DNA of 64,000 nucleotides from an uncultured Methanosarcinaceae archaeon (GTDB lineage Archaea; Halobacteriota; Methanosarcinia; Methanosarcinales; Methanosarcinaceae): NCBI GenBank assembly GCA_963721455.1, contig CAVRJG010000039.1, positions 1 to 64,000 of the forward strand, read 5' to 3'. Shown piece by piece: positions 9,656 to 19,559 of this stretch (position 1 is its first letter; each line of letters starts with the position of its first letter). The notes under the pieces were generated by a model. It saw only the letters and a program-made list of their open reading frames with translations, ran no database searches and was not told where the DNA came from. The position numbers and the translations under genes were made by a program.

Positions 9656-9733
9656 ATGTACTTCAACATTGTCTATTCAAAGGTCTGCTATTCCTTCTAT
9701 CAGGAATGCTTCAGTTTCTTTTACGGATGCTAA
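9656..9733 (+). CDS. Small peptide 6, MYFNIVYSKVCYSFYQECFSFFYGC (25 aa)
   Basis: GGAGG RBS; homologous to peptides 2, 4 and 5. Confidence 0.78.
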   Translation: MYFNIVYSKVCYSFYQECFSFFYGC

Positions 9734-9768
9734 TTAAGTACTGATGAAAAAACTAAATAATAATAGGT

Positions 9769-9799
9769 ATGAAGTTGCCTGCTTTTCAGGCGACTTCAT
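9769..9799 (+). terminator. Stem-loop ending the peptide array
   Basis: ATGAAGTTGCCTG-CTTTT-CAGGCGACTTCAT (13 bp stem with one G-U), 35 nt after the last stop; T-rich tracts follow. Confidence 0.6.
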
Positions 9800-10500
9800 C
9801 TTTACAAAAGAAATATAATACTGCCACTTTTTTACTTCCTTTTTATTTTCTTAATATTTGCTCTCTTGAAAATTTCTACAATTTCAAATATACTTTTTGA
9901 AATATAAGGAGAGAAACGGCATAAAGTTTAAAATTGCTTTTAAAAAGCCTAAAATTGGAATAGTATAATATTTTTTAAACATTATAGGTTCCTAAAAGGT
10001 ACTTATATCAGAGAAATTAGAGATTCTGATTAAATAAACGAAATGCTTAGACATCCTATATATTTATTACGATAAAAGATTCTGTCTCCAAATACTCAAA
10101 GACTATTATTTGTAAGGAGTTGTCGTTCTTTACATTACATATAAATTCGTATTATACTTCCATATTGACACTCCCATAAGAGTTAAAATTGGAACATTTA
10201 GTTTAAATTGGGATTACTTTCCCATAATAACTACATGTTTGATACATAGATTGTCTAGCTATGTTATATAATGCCCATTACATTCTTAAGCCTTTTAGCC
10301 GGAAATCTATGAGATTGTTTATACTAACTAGAGTTCCAAAAAATAAGTTTCTGGGAGTATAATGTATCGGAAAGATATATCAAAGGGGGTTTGGCGAAAG
10401 CACATACTATCCTAAATAGTTAAAAAATTGAGTTTGGTTAGCAGAAGGTACTTAAATTTGAATGGGGAAGAACAAAATTCAAAGAGTGGAGGGAATTATA

Positions 10501-10614
10501 ATGTTTTACTATCTAAGCTATACAAAAATCACTATGTTTATACAGGTAATACGGATTAAGATGATACTAACCAACGGCACTGGCTTTGGCGGGTTTGGAA
10601 GATTCCTCAGGTGA
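10501..10614 (+). CDS. Small peptide 7, MFYYLSYTKITMFIQVIRIKMILTNGTGFGGFGRFLR (37 aa), divergent array member
   Basis: Leader GGGGAAGAACAAAATTCAAAGAGTGGAGGGAATTATA-ATG matches the array leaders; Y7-[ST]8-K9-[IV]10 conserved. Confidence 0.6.
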   Translation: MFYYLSYTKITMFIQVIRIKMILTNGTGFGGFGRFLR

Positions 10615-12346
10615 AGTTATTAGATGTTTGCTAGTCAGCCACCATTTTGAGTGACGTGCTCTCACAGGCTCAGACTGTGTGCTCAAGCAGCAGTATGGCC
10701 TGTATCACATATTTTTTTAGCGAATCATATGAATCATATTCAAGTTAGTTGTAGACAAGCTACTCACAAGAATTAAGTGGACAGGCATAAATCTTCAGAC
10801 AGAGTAGATCCTTTGTAGATTCTAGTTCTCCTCCGAACTTGAAAATACGTACATTATTTAGGATAAAAAATTAAAATCTGTGGTAATTTGTGACAAACGA
10901 AGGAGGAAATTGTAAAGAATAGAGAAAAGGATTTAAATTTTCATAATGAAAGGGGTTTAAACTTTTTAGATGAAAGGAATTTTACTACCTTCCGAGTTCT
11001 TGTAAGAGTTTCATGTTCACTGTTAACCAGATTTTATTGAAAATCCTGAAATTTTTCGTTCACACGGAAATAAAGTCTCTGTTCGGCAATTTAGGCAGCA
11101 GGATAATTCAAACTTTTATGCAAGCGATTGCTATTCCCAGGGAACAGGGGACTCCATAGAAGTTCCTGAAGCTTCAAGATAAGTAAAAGCGAGAAGATAC
11201 TTAAAGAAAAATTAACCGGAAAACGAATTATAAGATCAAATATAAAAGCGCCCTGATAACACAATCAAATAGACAAAAATTCTGAGTAATACTTTACTGA
11301 GCTCACCCAAAACTTGATTTAATCTCATTTTATTGCCACTGCCAATAGTACAACTCCATGACGGAAATTTCTTTGAGTTCTAGGAAAGGACATTTCTTTG
11401 ATCTCATAGCTTGAAACGTTTTCTTGCATGGTTCTATCCAGCTAAAAACCTTTATACTACACCTTTCTTCTAGAATTCTTCTAGTCTTCTTTGTTGATCC
11501 TACTTTTCAATTAAATCCTACTAGAGTATGGAAAATACCTATCTTCTTCAAGTCATAACTCTTCTTTAAAAGTTCATTGAGAATTTCTGACAGATATAAT
11601 TTTCCCACCAGGAAATAAGATATATGCTGCTTTTTTAGAGATGTAATAAAGAGGAACGCCTTCCCACTCACAACCTTCTGCAAGATAACCTTCATTTGTT
11701 AATTTCTTTAAGTCTGAATAATTCTTTCAGCGCTTAATTGGTGAGAAGAAAAATACATTTCTGGATTCCAATAGAAAATCGTCATTCACGAGATGAATAA
11801 TATTGGCTTCTGTAGAAATCCTTGAACTTACAGCATCCCAACAATTTCTAGCTTAGTTTCGAATGTAGATATTTACATTTAATTCACTCGCTATCCAGGA
11901 ATCATGCGAATAAATAGAGGGCTTGAAAAACTAACTCAGACTTATTTAACCAAGGAAGAGACTTACAGCCCGGAATTTCTGTGCCCATAATTTCTTTCTT
12001 CTTGGTCGCAGGTGCTTTCAGTGGTTTATCCTTTTGCATGAGATAAGAAAGGGGTCTTGGTGTTTTACTATAAATTATGGCTTTAAACTTGGGAGCTTAA
12101 ATTTAACCTGATAATTCAAATTTAGAGACGGTTCTGCAAAGACATGATATTAATGCGATATGTTCAACTGATATTAGTTTAAGAGTAAGCCCTATCAAAA
12201 AACCGAGGTCATTTGGAGTTAAAAAGTCAATAAATACATTTGAAACCTTTTTTAAAATTCCATCGTCAAGACTGATAACACGCACATAATTTTACTGGTA
12301 ATAAAAATTAATAAAAACTGCCTGTTTTACAGGCAATTTTCATAAT

Positions 12347-12524
12347 GACTCATCACTGTTTCGAGTGGGTAATTTACATCCATTTCTAACTATGGAAGTA
12401 GCTTGCATAAAATTTAGAAACGTTTGTTGTTGAAAATCACAGTCAAGCTCGATGTTTTTCATTTTGGCCGGACAACTGTCTAACTAAGCAATTATTTTCA
12501 ACCCATACAAAACAGCGAAGAGCC
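12347..12524. mobile_element. 178 bp MITE with ISL3-like ends (copy 1)
   Basis: Near-identical to 30320..30497; right TIR AAACAGCGAAGAGCC, left TIR eroded; perfect 8 bp target duplication TTCATAAT. Confidence 0.85.
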
Positions 12525-12579
12525 TTCATAATTTTAATGTATAAAAATAGAGAGAAAATAAGTAAAATATTATTTACTT

Positions 12580-13445
<866 letters not shown>

Positions 13446-13449
<4 letters not shown>

Positions 13450-14435
13450 TCAGAGACACCCTCCGTTTCCATTCCGTCAGATTTCTCCTTTGTATCTCCT
13501 TCCCTTAACCCATGCCCTGTGTAATGAACAAAAACATCATCCATAGAAGGCTTTTTAATATTTACAGTTGTGATGTCTATCCCTTCTCCCCTTATTTTTT
13601 CCATAATTTGCGGAAGTACATGAGTAACATCTTCCCCTATCATGACTCTCAGAGACTTTGTATCTTCTGTTACGGATTTTACCGACTTGAGTGACCTTAA
13701 AATCTCTGCAGCAATCTTATTGTTACTGGTTTCCAGATAAATAAGATCTTTACCAAGCTTATTCTTTAATTCATCCGCATTTCCGGTTACGATTATTTTC
13801 CCATGGTCGATTATGCTTATTCTGTCGCTCAACTGATCTGCTTCTTCCATATAGTGTGTTGTCAGGAATATGGTAGTGCCTTCTCTCTTGATCTCTCTAA
13901 GATATTCCCACATTCTCATTCTCGTCTGGATATCAAAACCTACAGTTGGTTCATCAAGGAAGAGGACTGCGGGTTTTGTCATCAGTCCTCTTGCAAGTTC
14001 AAGCCTTCTCTTCATGCCACCGCTCAGATTTTTTGCGAGGGTATCCCTCTTGCCTTCCAGCTCTGTCAATTTTAAGAGCTCTTCGATACGTTCTTTCCTT
14101 TCTTTTTTCGGCATCGAATATATTTTGCCGTGATATTCAAGGTTCTCAGATACGGTCATTTCATGATCAAGGCAAAGCATCTGAAAAACGATACCTATTG
14201 ATCTTCTTACGGATTTTGATTCCTTTGCGACATCATACCCGTTAACTCTGGCTTCGCCTTTCTGGATTTTCCGGAGTGTCGTGAGAATATTAATCACGGT
14301 ACTCTTGCCCGCACCATTAGGACCAAGAAATGAGAAAATCTCCCCCTTTTTTACAGTAAAACTAATATTGTCAACAGCTTTTACAGAGCCATATGCATGC
14401 TCAAGATTATTTACTTCTATGACATTTCCGGTCAT
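13446..14435 (-). CDS. ABC transporter ATP-binding protein (DrrA-like)
   Basis: GPNGAGKST, LSGGMKRRLELARGL, LFLDEPT, TTHYMEEAD; C-terminal PSMDDVF. Confidence 0.93.
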
Positions 14436-15314
14436 TCGTAAATCAACCCCTTCCCTCTACCGTATCGGATCACTCCTATCACTCATATTAGACCCCCAAT
14501 CTTGAGTGAGTGTGGATTTAACAAGTAATTTATTGAAACTATTAAGTTTGGATAAATATCTTGATAGTTTACACAAGTAGTTATGCCTCGTAAGGTTTAT
14601 ACAAATAGGAAATAAAGCTTCTAAACTAACCTCTCAAAAGCCCTTTGTTTTCCGTTTTAGATACTTTTGAGATACCTATATATTGATTATTTCTTTTATG
14701 TCTTACGAAATACATCTCCAATAACTTCGCCCTTTTGTTTTTTATTAAAAAATTCCCATCTTTATTATATTCTAATTAAAGAGTACAATAAATATGAGAA
14801 AGATATCTTTATATTAAAAGACATGTCTTGAAATAAACATTTGATCTTATTAAAAGCCCAATTGGTATTATAAATAATTGGATACATAAAATTATTTTTG
14901 AATCTTGCTAAAGAACAAATGCTTCGCATTTTAAAAAGCGACTCTCGACTTTAAGAATTGATATCCTTCGCTTCAGGTACATCTTTTATTTTCAAATTAT
15001 ATTTCGCTTCAATCCTTTTTGATTTAACTAATTCGTAATATTCGACCCATGTACTGGAAAAATATCCTGAAAACGGAATTTAAAATAAAAGTATTCCAGA
15101 ATACCAACGAACTTTGAAAAGTTTCTAAAACCAGGCAGATATCACATGAATCCAAATTAGAAGAATTCGAATCAGAAAGCTTAATCTTAGAAATCTCTCG
15201 CAAATAACCTTATTTCAAAAGAATTAATAAACGCAGTCTCCAACTCACAAAATATTCAAGTATGCGAGTGAGATACGTATAAATACGTTAATTGGTGATG
15301 TTATTTGGGGTAAT

Positions 15315-15617
15315 ATGATGGCGGATACTTTGAGACTATCACCAGTTATCAGTGCATATCCTGATGATGAATATGAAAACCTGCAAATTGAGGTAATTCT
15401 TCCAGGAATAGAAAAAAAAGATATTTCTTTTAAGATCACCGAGAATGGCTTTTATGTAAAAGCCATCAAAGAAGGGGTTGAATATGTGGACAGCTACGCA
15501 TTCTGCTGCCCGGTAAACCCGGAAAAAGCGGTCGCTAATTACTCAAACAGTGTGCTTAAAGTAACAGTGCCTTACCAGCAGCCTTTTGAAAAAGCTGTGG
15601 ACGTAAAAATTGATTAA
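15315..15617 (+). CDS. Hsp20/alpha-crystallin domain protein
   Basis: IEVILPGIEKKDISF ... AVANYSNSVLKVTVP. Confidence 0.75.
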   Translation: MMADTLRLSPVISAYPDDEYENLQIEVILPGIEKKDISFKITENGFYVKAIKEGVEYVDSYAFCCPVNPEKAVANYSNSVLKVTVPYQQPFEKAVDVKID

Positions 15618-15660
15618 AGGAACATATTGCACGGCAAACTTCTCTAAGGGGGAGAGTATT

Positions 15661-15969
15661 ATGGAAAGTGCTGTACCCAGGATACTAAAAACTCCGATAC
15701 TAGCGATGTATCATGATGACAAACACGAAAACCTTACCCTGGAAGTTGAACTTCCCGACGTAGAAAATGAGAATATAACACTTTTGATGCATGAAAACAG
15801 CTTCTATCTGAGAGCATTCAGTAAAAATGTAGAATATCTGGGGTCCTTTTTTCTGGACGGACCCGTGGATCCCGAAAAAGCAATTGCGGTCAATAATAAA
15901 GGAATGCTTACTATTAAAATTCCCTACAAAGAATGTTTCACGTGTGCAAGAAATATTCCGATTGAGTAA
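15661..15969 (+). CDS. Hsp20/alpha-crystallin domain protein (paralog)
   Basis: LEVELPDVENENITL ... AVNNKGMLTIKIP; start moved to ATG 15661 behind GGGGAG. Confidence 0.72.
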   Translation: MESAVPRILKTPILAMYHDDKHENLTLEVELPDVENENITLLMHENSFYLRAFSKNVEYLGSFFLDGPVDPEKAIAVNNKGMLTIKIPYKECFTCARNIPIE

Positions 15970-16094
15970 CTCAACGAAAGGCTAGTCGGAAAACAATCAT
16001 GAAAAACTTAGTTTTATATTTTATTAATTTTTATTATATTTTATTGAATTGATGAAGACCATTTTTGTGATATTTTTTGCATAGAGGAGATCTT

Positions 16095-16304
16095 ATGAAA
16101 ATAATAAAATGCGGCGATCTGGGGTTCAAGTGTAATTTTATGGCTGCTGGCAACGAACTTGAAGAAGTTGAAAATGCCATGTTCGATCATATAGAAAAAG
16201 AGCATACGGAAGAGCTTCAGAATATGTCCGAAGATGATATTCATCATCTGAAGCATCGGGTATCGACCCTTCTGGGAAGAAGCTGCGGCTGCGGAGCCCT
16301 TTAA
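16095..16304 (+). CDS. DUF1059-like small metal-binding protein
   Basis: KCGDLGFKCNF...HIEKEH motif; ATG 16095 after GAGGAG. Confidence 0.75.
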   Translation: MKIIKCGDLGFKCNFMAAGNELEEVENAMFDHIEKEHTEELQNMSEDDIHHLKHRVSTLLGRSCGCGAL

Positions 16305-16346
16305 CTCTAAGGCGGGAAGTCCCCTTCCTCGACAGCTTCCTGCGAA

Positions 16347-16590
16347 TTTTCTCACAAAGTCCATAAGGAAATTTACCTTGTGATTTCAAGGTTAATCGTT
16401 AGCATGAAGATGTAAAGGGATTCAGAGCTTATTAAGTTAACAAATATAGGACTTACGCGGTTGAGGGATAAAATCAAGCACAAACAGCCTCATCAGAATT
16501 AGAGGGATTTGGACATTTAAATGTTTAATGCTACCGGTTTCTCAGTTCAACTGCGTAAGTCCTAAAATAATTAAATTTTCGCGATACTAG
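16347..16590 (-). mobile_element. IS630 end remnant (same family as 56647..57824), interrupted by a MITE
   Basis: Matches 57703..57824, including the transposase start MLTINLE and the terminal AAATAATTAAATTTTCGCGATACTAG. Confidence 0.8.
16447..16564. mobile_element. 118 bp MITE, TAGGACTTACGC...GCGTAAGTCCTA (copy 1)
   Basis: 12 bp perfect TIR; 5 bp duplication AAATA, confirmed by comparison with the empty site near 57798; sister copy at 53592..53709. Confidence 0.85.
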
Positions 16591-16891
16591 TCGAGTTCCT
16601 CTTCGGCACACAATTTCCTTTCGCTCAAGCGGACTCAGCGAATACCGAAACGCCTTGATTAATCTTAACAAAACGTGAGTCACGGAAAACACAAAAATGC
16701 TGAAGAACTGCCCTTATCTATTTCGATTCCGTATTTTCCGTGGTTATATAAATTGGAGTAGGTTTTTCCTGATTATATAATTTGGAGTGAGTCAGGAACA
16801 CGCATTCCTGACTATATTCCAGCTTTCGCTTTTGGATTTTCTGCATTTTGGCTTCTTAATTTTTCGGAATCAGCTGGCAGAAGCAGTTGGT

Positions 16892-17743
16892 TTAAAAGAG
16901 GAGGGGAATTATCCCGAAAAAGAACACATTTATAAATCCATGAATCAGCGTAACCAGGGGCAGACTCCGGGTTCTGTAAAATAGGTAGCCTATAAGGATG
17001 CCTACGAAAGTTGCGTAAAGAATCTCGTTAATATTCCCATACCCTGAGTGCATGAGCCCGAACAAAATACTCGTAATTATCAGCCCTTTCCGATTGCCTA
17101 ATACTGTTTCTAGCCGGTTCTGGAGAATCGACCTGAAGATTGTCTCCTCTACGAGGCCTACGAAAAAGATCATAATTATGCTGAGCATCACAAGGCTAAA
17201 AACTGAAAGATCTTCGATGAGAATGTGTTCCCCGACTATCAGGTATTCCCCTGCCCCTAGCAAAAGACCCAGCAATATTGAGAGCGGAATATATATCCCT
17301 ATTTTTTTAAAGGTTATCCCGAGCTGCGTGCGAGTAAATTCCTGATTGGTGGCTGCGATGCTTACCGGAATTGCCAGGAGGCTGTATATAAAAATGAGGT
17401 TATAGAGCTTCACATCATAGAAAGCTGGCATTGAAAGATCTACCAGACGCAGGATCGGAAGGAGAATAAGGGCCTGGTAAGTCTTCTGGATTTCCTCATT
17501 TTTTACGAACATTGTGGAAAAGGAAAGCCCAAGCAGGATCAACGCATGTATCCACATGGCTTGTATTCTCTCTCCCGAATACATCATCAGCTCCGCAAAA
17601 GCGATGGCTACAATCGGGATTGCCAGGTAAAGCCATTTGCTTTTAATCTCAGGCATTTCCCTTATCAGATTTTTAGATGATTCCAGCCTCGTGCCTTCGG
17701 GAGTTTCCATAGTCTCTATATTTAGACTCTCAAGCGTTTCCAT
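16892..17743 (-). CDS. CPBP (CAAX/Abi) intramembrane glutamic endopeptidase
   Basis: EETIFRS, FGLMH and HGFIN motifs; polytopic. Confidence 0.88.
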   Translation of the reverse strand: METLESLNIETMETPEGTRLESSKNLIREMPEIKSKWLYLAIPIVAIAFAELMMYSGERIQAMWIHALILLGLSFSTMFVKNEEIQKTYQALILLPILRLVDLSMPAFYDVKLYNLIFIYSLLAIPVSIAATNQEFTRTQLGITFKKIGIYIPLSILLGLLLGAGEYLIVGEHILIEDLSVFSLVMLSIIMIFFVGLVEETIFRSILQNRLETVLGNRKGLIITSILFGLMHSGYGNINEILYATFVGILIGYLFYRTRSLPLVTLIHGFINVFFFGIIPLLF

Positions 17744-17745
17744 CC

Positions 17746-18645
17746 TCAGACCTCCTCTACAACGTTTATCCAGAGGCGCAGGTCCCTATAGGGTACGTTC
17801 TTTTCAGTCTCATTGAAAAGCAGGAATTCAAGCTGCATGTTCTTCCCTTCAATAGAAGGTGTAATCTCAAGGGGCTCTTTCAGAGTCGTATTATGTTCAA
17901 GCCTGATATGTTGCAGGTTTTCCGGAAGGGGCAGAGATTCATTTTCAAGCCTTACTTCCATTGTATAGTCCATTGTCCTGTACTCATTGTTTGTTATTCC
18001 TATAATGTAGGTCCCGCTTTCTCCATGTATATACTCTGTTGTATAATTGTCTGCCATCCTGTCGTCCCCGAGGATATAGAATTCTGTAAATGGCTCTTTA
18101 TCCTTAGGCACCAGAGTGACGTAAGCTCCAGTTCCGATTAAGACCAGGAAAGAAAGAGCTAGAATTATCCTGAGGGCATTCTCAGTCGTTGACTCCGGCT
18201 TTTTCATAACCCCAGCAACCAGGGTAAGAGCAGATACCTTTAAGGGTACCTCAAACGTCCTGTCTGCGGGCAGCTGTCTTCTCCTGGCATATGCTACTGC
18301 AGACATGAGCAGGGTAAATGCGGAAAGGCTTGCAAGGAGGGGAGTCTCCTTGATTCCCCAGGGTGTATAATTAAGTGCAAGCCCGATCAGAGGTACAACC
18401 GCAACACTCATCGCAACAGAAAGTGCTATTCTCTCCATCCCTTCAAGTCCGCTTTTTTCCGGAAAAAGCATGGCTATAAGGGCGTATCCTGGAAGGAAAA
18501 GCACCAGGGGTAGACCAAGAGCTGTGCGGATGAAACTTCCGCTAAGTACAGGAATTAGTATGAAAATATCCGCAAGAATTACAAGGCCTGCTACTAACAG
18601 CAGGTCAGATGGAAACTTCTGGTTTCCGGCCATATGACTCCTCAT
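17746..18645 (-). CDS. DUF1616-like membrane protein
   Basis: LFLPGYALIAMLFP, ERIALSVAMS, EPFTEFYILG, PYRDLRLWINV. Confidence 0.8.
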   Translation of the reverse strand: MRSHMAGNQKFPSDLLLVAGLVILADIFILIPVLSGSFIRTALGLPLVLFLPGYALIAMLFPEKSGLEGMERIALSVAMSVAVVPLIGLALNYTPWGIKETPLLASLSAFTLLMSAVAYARRRQLPADRTFEVPLKVSALTLVAGVMKKPESTTENALRIILALSFLVLIGTGAYVTLVPKDKEPFTEFYILGDDRMADNYTTEYIHGESGTYIIGITNNEYRTMDYTMEVRLENESLPLPENLQHIRLEHNTTLKEPLEITPSIEGKNMQLEFLLFNETEKNVPYRDLRLWINVVEEV

Positions 18646-19398
18646 AAAACGGTTTTATGTTTTTCTGGCTTCCCAGCTTTTTTCTTGTTATTCGGGCTAA
18701 TCTGCCAATTTCCTTGTTCCCTAATGAGGTTTTTTGGAAACCTTCCGACTTCCTCCAAACGATCTGCTTTAATCTTCAATTGAGAAGAATTAATAACCGG
18801 AAAGATGAAAACTGTCCGAGTTTCAATCCAGGGTTTCTTTCAATCTAGCAGCGTATATCTTCCTTAATTTTATGCGTTTTCAAGAATGTTTTTAACCCGA
18901 TCTACTCAATTACCTAGTTGTATAAAATATCTTTCTCTTTTCCTGCTTGCTATCTCAAATACTTTTCCCTTTATTCTATCTTCCTGAATGGAGTTTTTGA
19001 CCTTTAAGCTCCGATATTACCTCATTTTTGTATGGAATCTTCGGCCTGACTCAGCGAGTTCGTAAATGTCAACACACAGCACGAAAAATCTTTGATTTCT
19101 TCTATCAGTGTGATTTTTTTCACCCATTCTCCGGTTATATCGAATAAAGGATAGATGCCTTTCAAGCTATTATTCAAGCTAACAGACTTTTTAAATGGAC
19201 TGGATCATTTTTCGTTATCGGGGTTACTGATCAATTATTTTTCGTGTCTAAATGTTTATATAGCTCGTATATTAAAACAGATACAAGTCTGATATTAAAT
19301 GCTGTGACCCACTTACAGAGTATCCACGTTCCTTCTTTTTGTTAAAAGGAGTAGAACAATTCCCCCGATTGATTCCCTGTAAACGTAGCCGTAGAAGA

Positions 19399-19441
19399 CC
19401 TTTAGAAACCCTTTAGAAACCCTTTAAAAACCCTTTAAAAA
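19399..19441. repeat. About 4 copies of the 11-mer CCCTTTA(G/A)AAA
   Basis: Read directly; lies upstream of the GT2 operon. Confidence 0.85.
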
Positions 19442-19559
19442 TTATGGAGCGATGACTCTGAAAAATATATTTGCCGGATTTGGAATTTTTACAGATTCTT
19501 CTATAATAGACTACTTTATTATGGAAACTTTTTATTCTTATCATCAAAGAGGTAGATGA

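Noticed and set aside
8586-9733. The array read as a CRISPR array or integron cassette array
   Set aside because: No constant 25-45 nt repeat with unique spacers; the variable parts are homologous ORFs; no cas or integrase gene; no consistent RYYYAAC/GTTRRRY attC ends.
8644-9733. Phe/Tyr/Cys/Trp-rich attenuator leader peptides
   Set aside because: No biosynthetic gene lies downstream on the same strand; position-specific residue conservation argues that the peptide products matter.
16681-16788. Inverted repeat CACGGAAAACAC/GTATTTTCCGTG and duplicated TTATATAA(A/T)TTGGAGT
   Set aside because: Real but short and single-copy in this window; no function can be supported.
16892-17743. CPBP protease as the peptide maturation/immunity enzyme
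   Set aside because: It is 7 kb away and tightly coupled to DUF1616 at the edge of the glycan cluster; there is no direct support, though it cannot be excluded.
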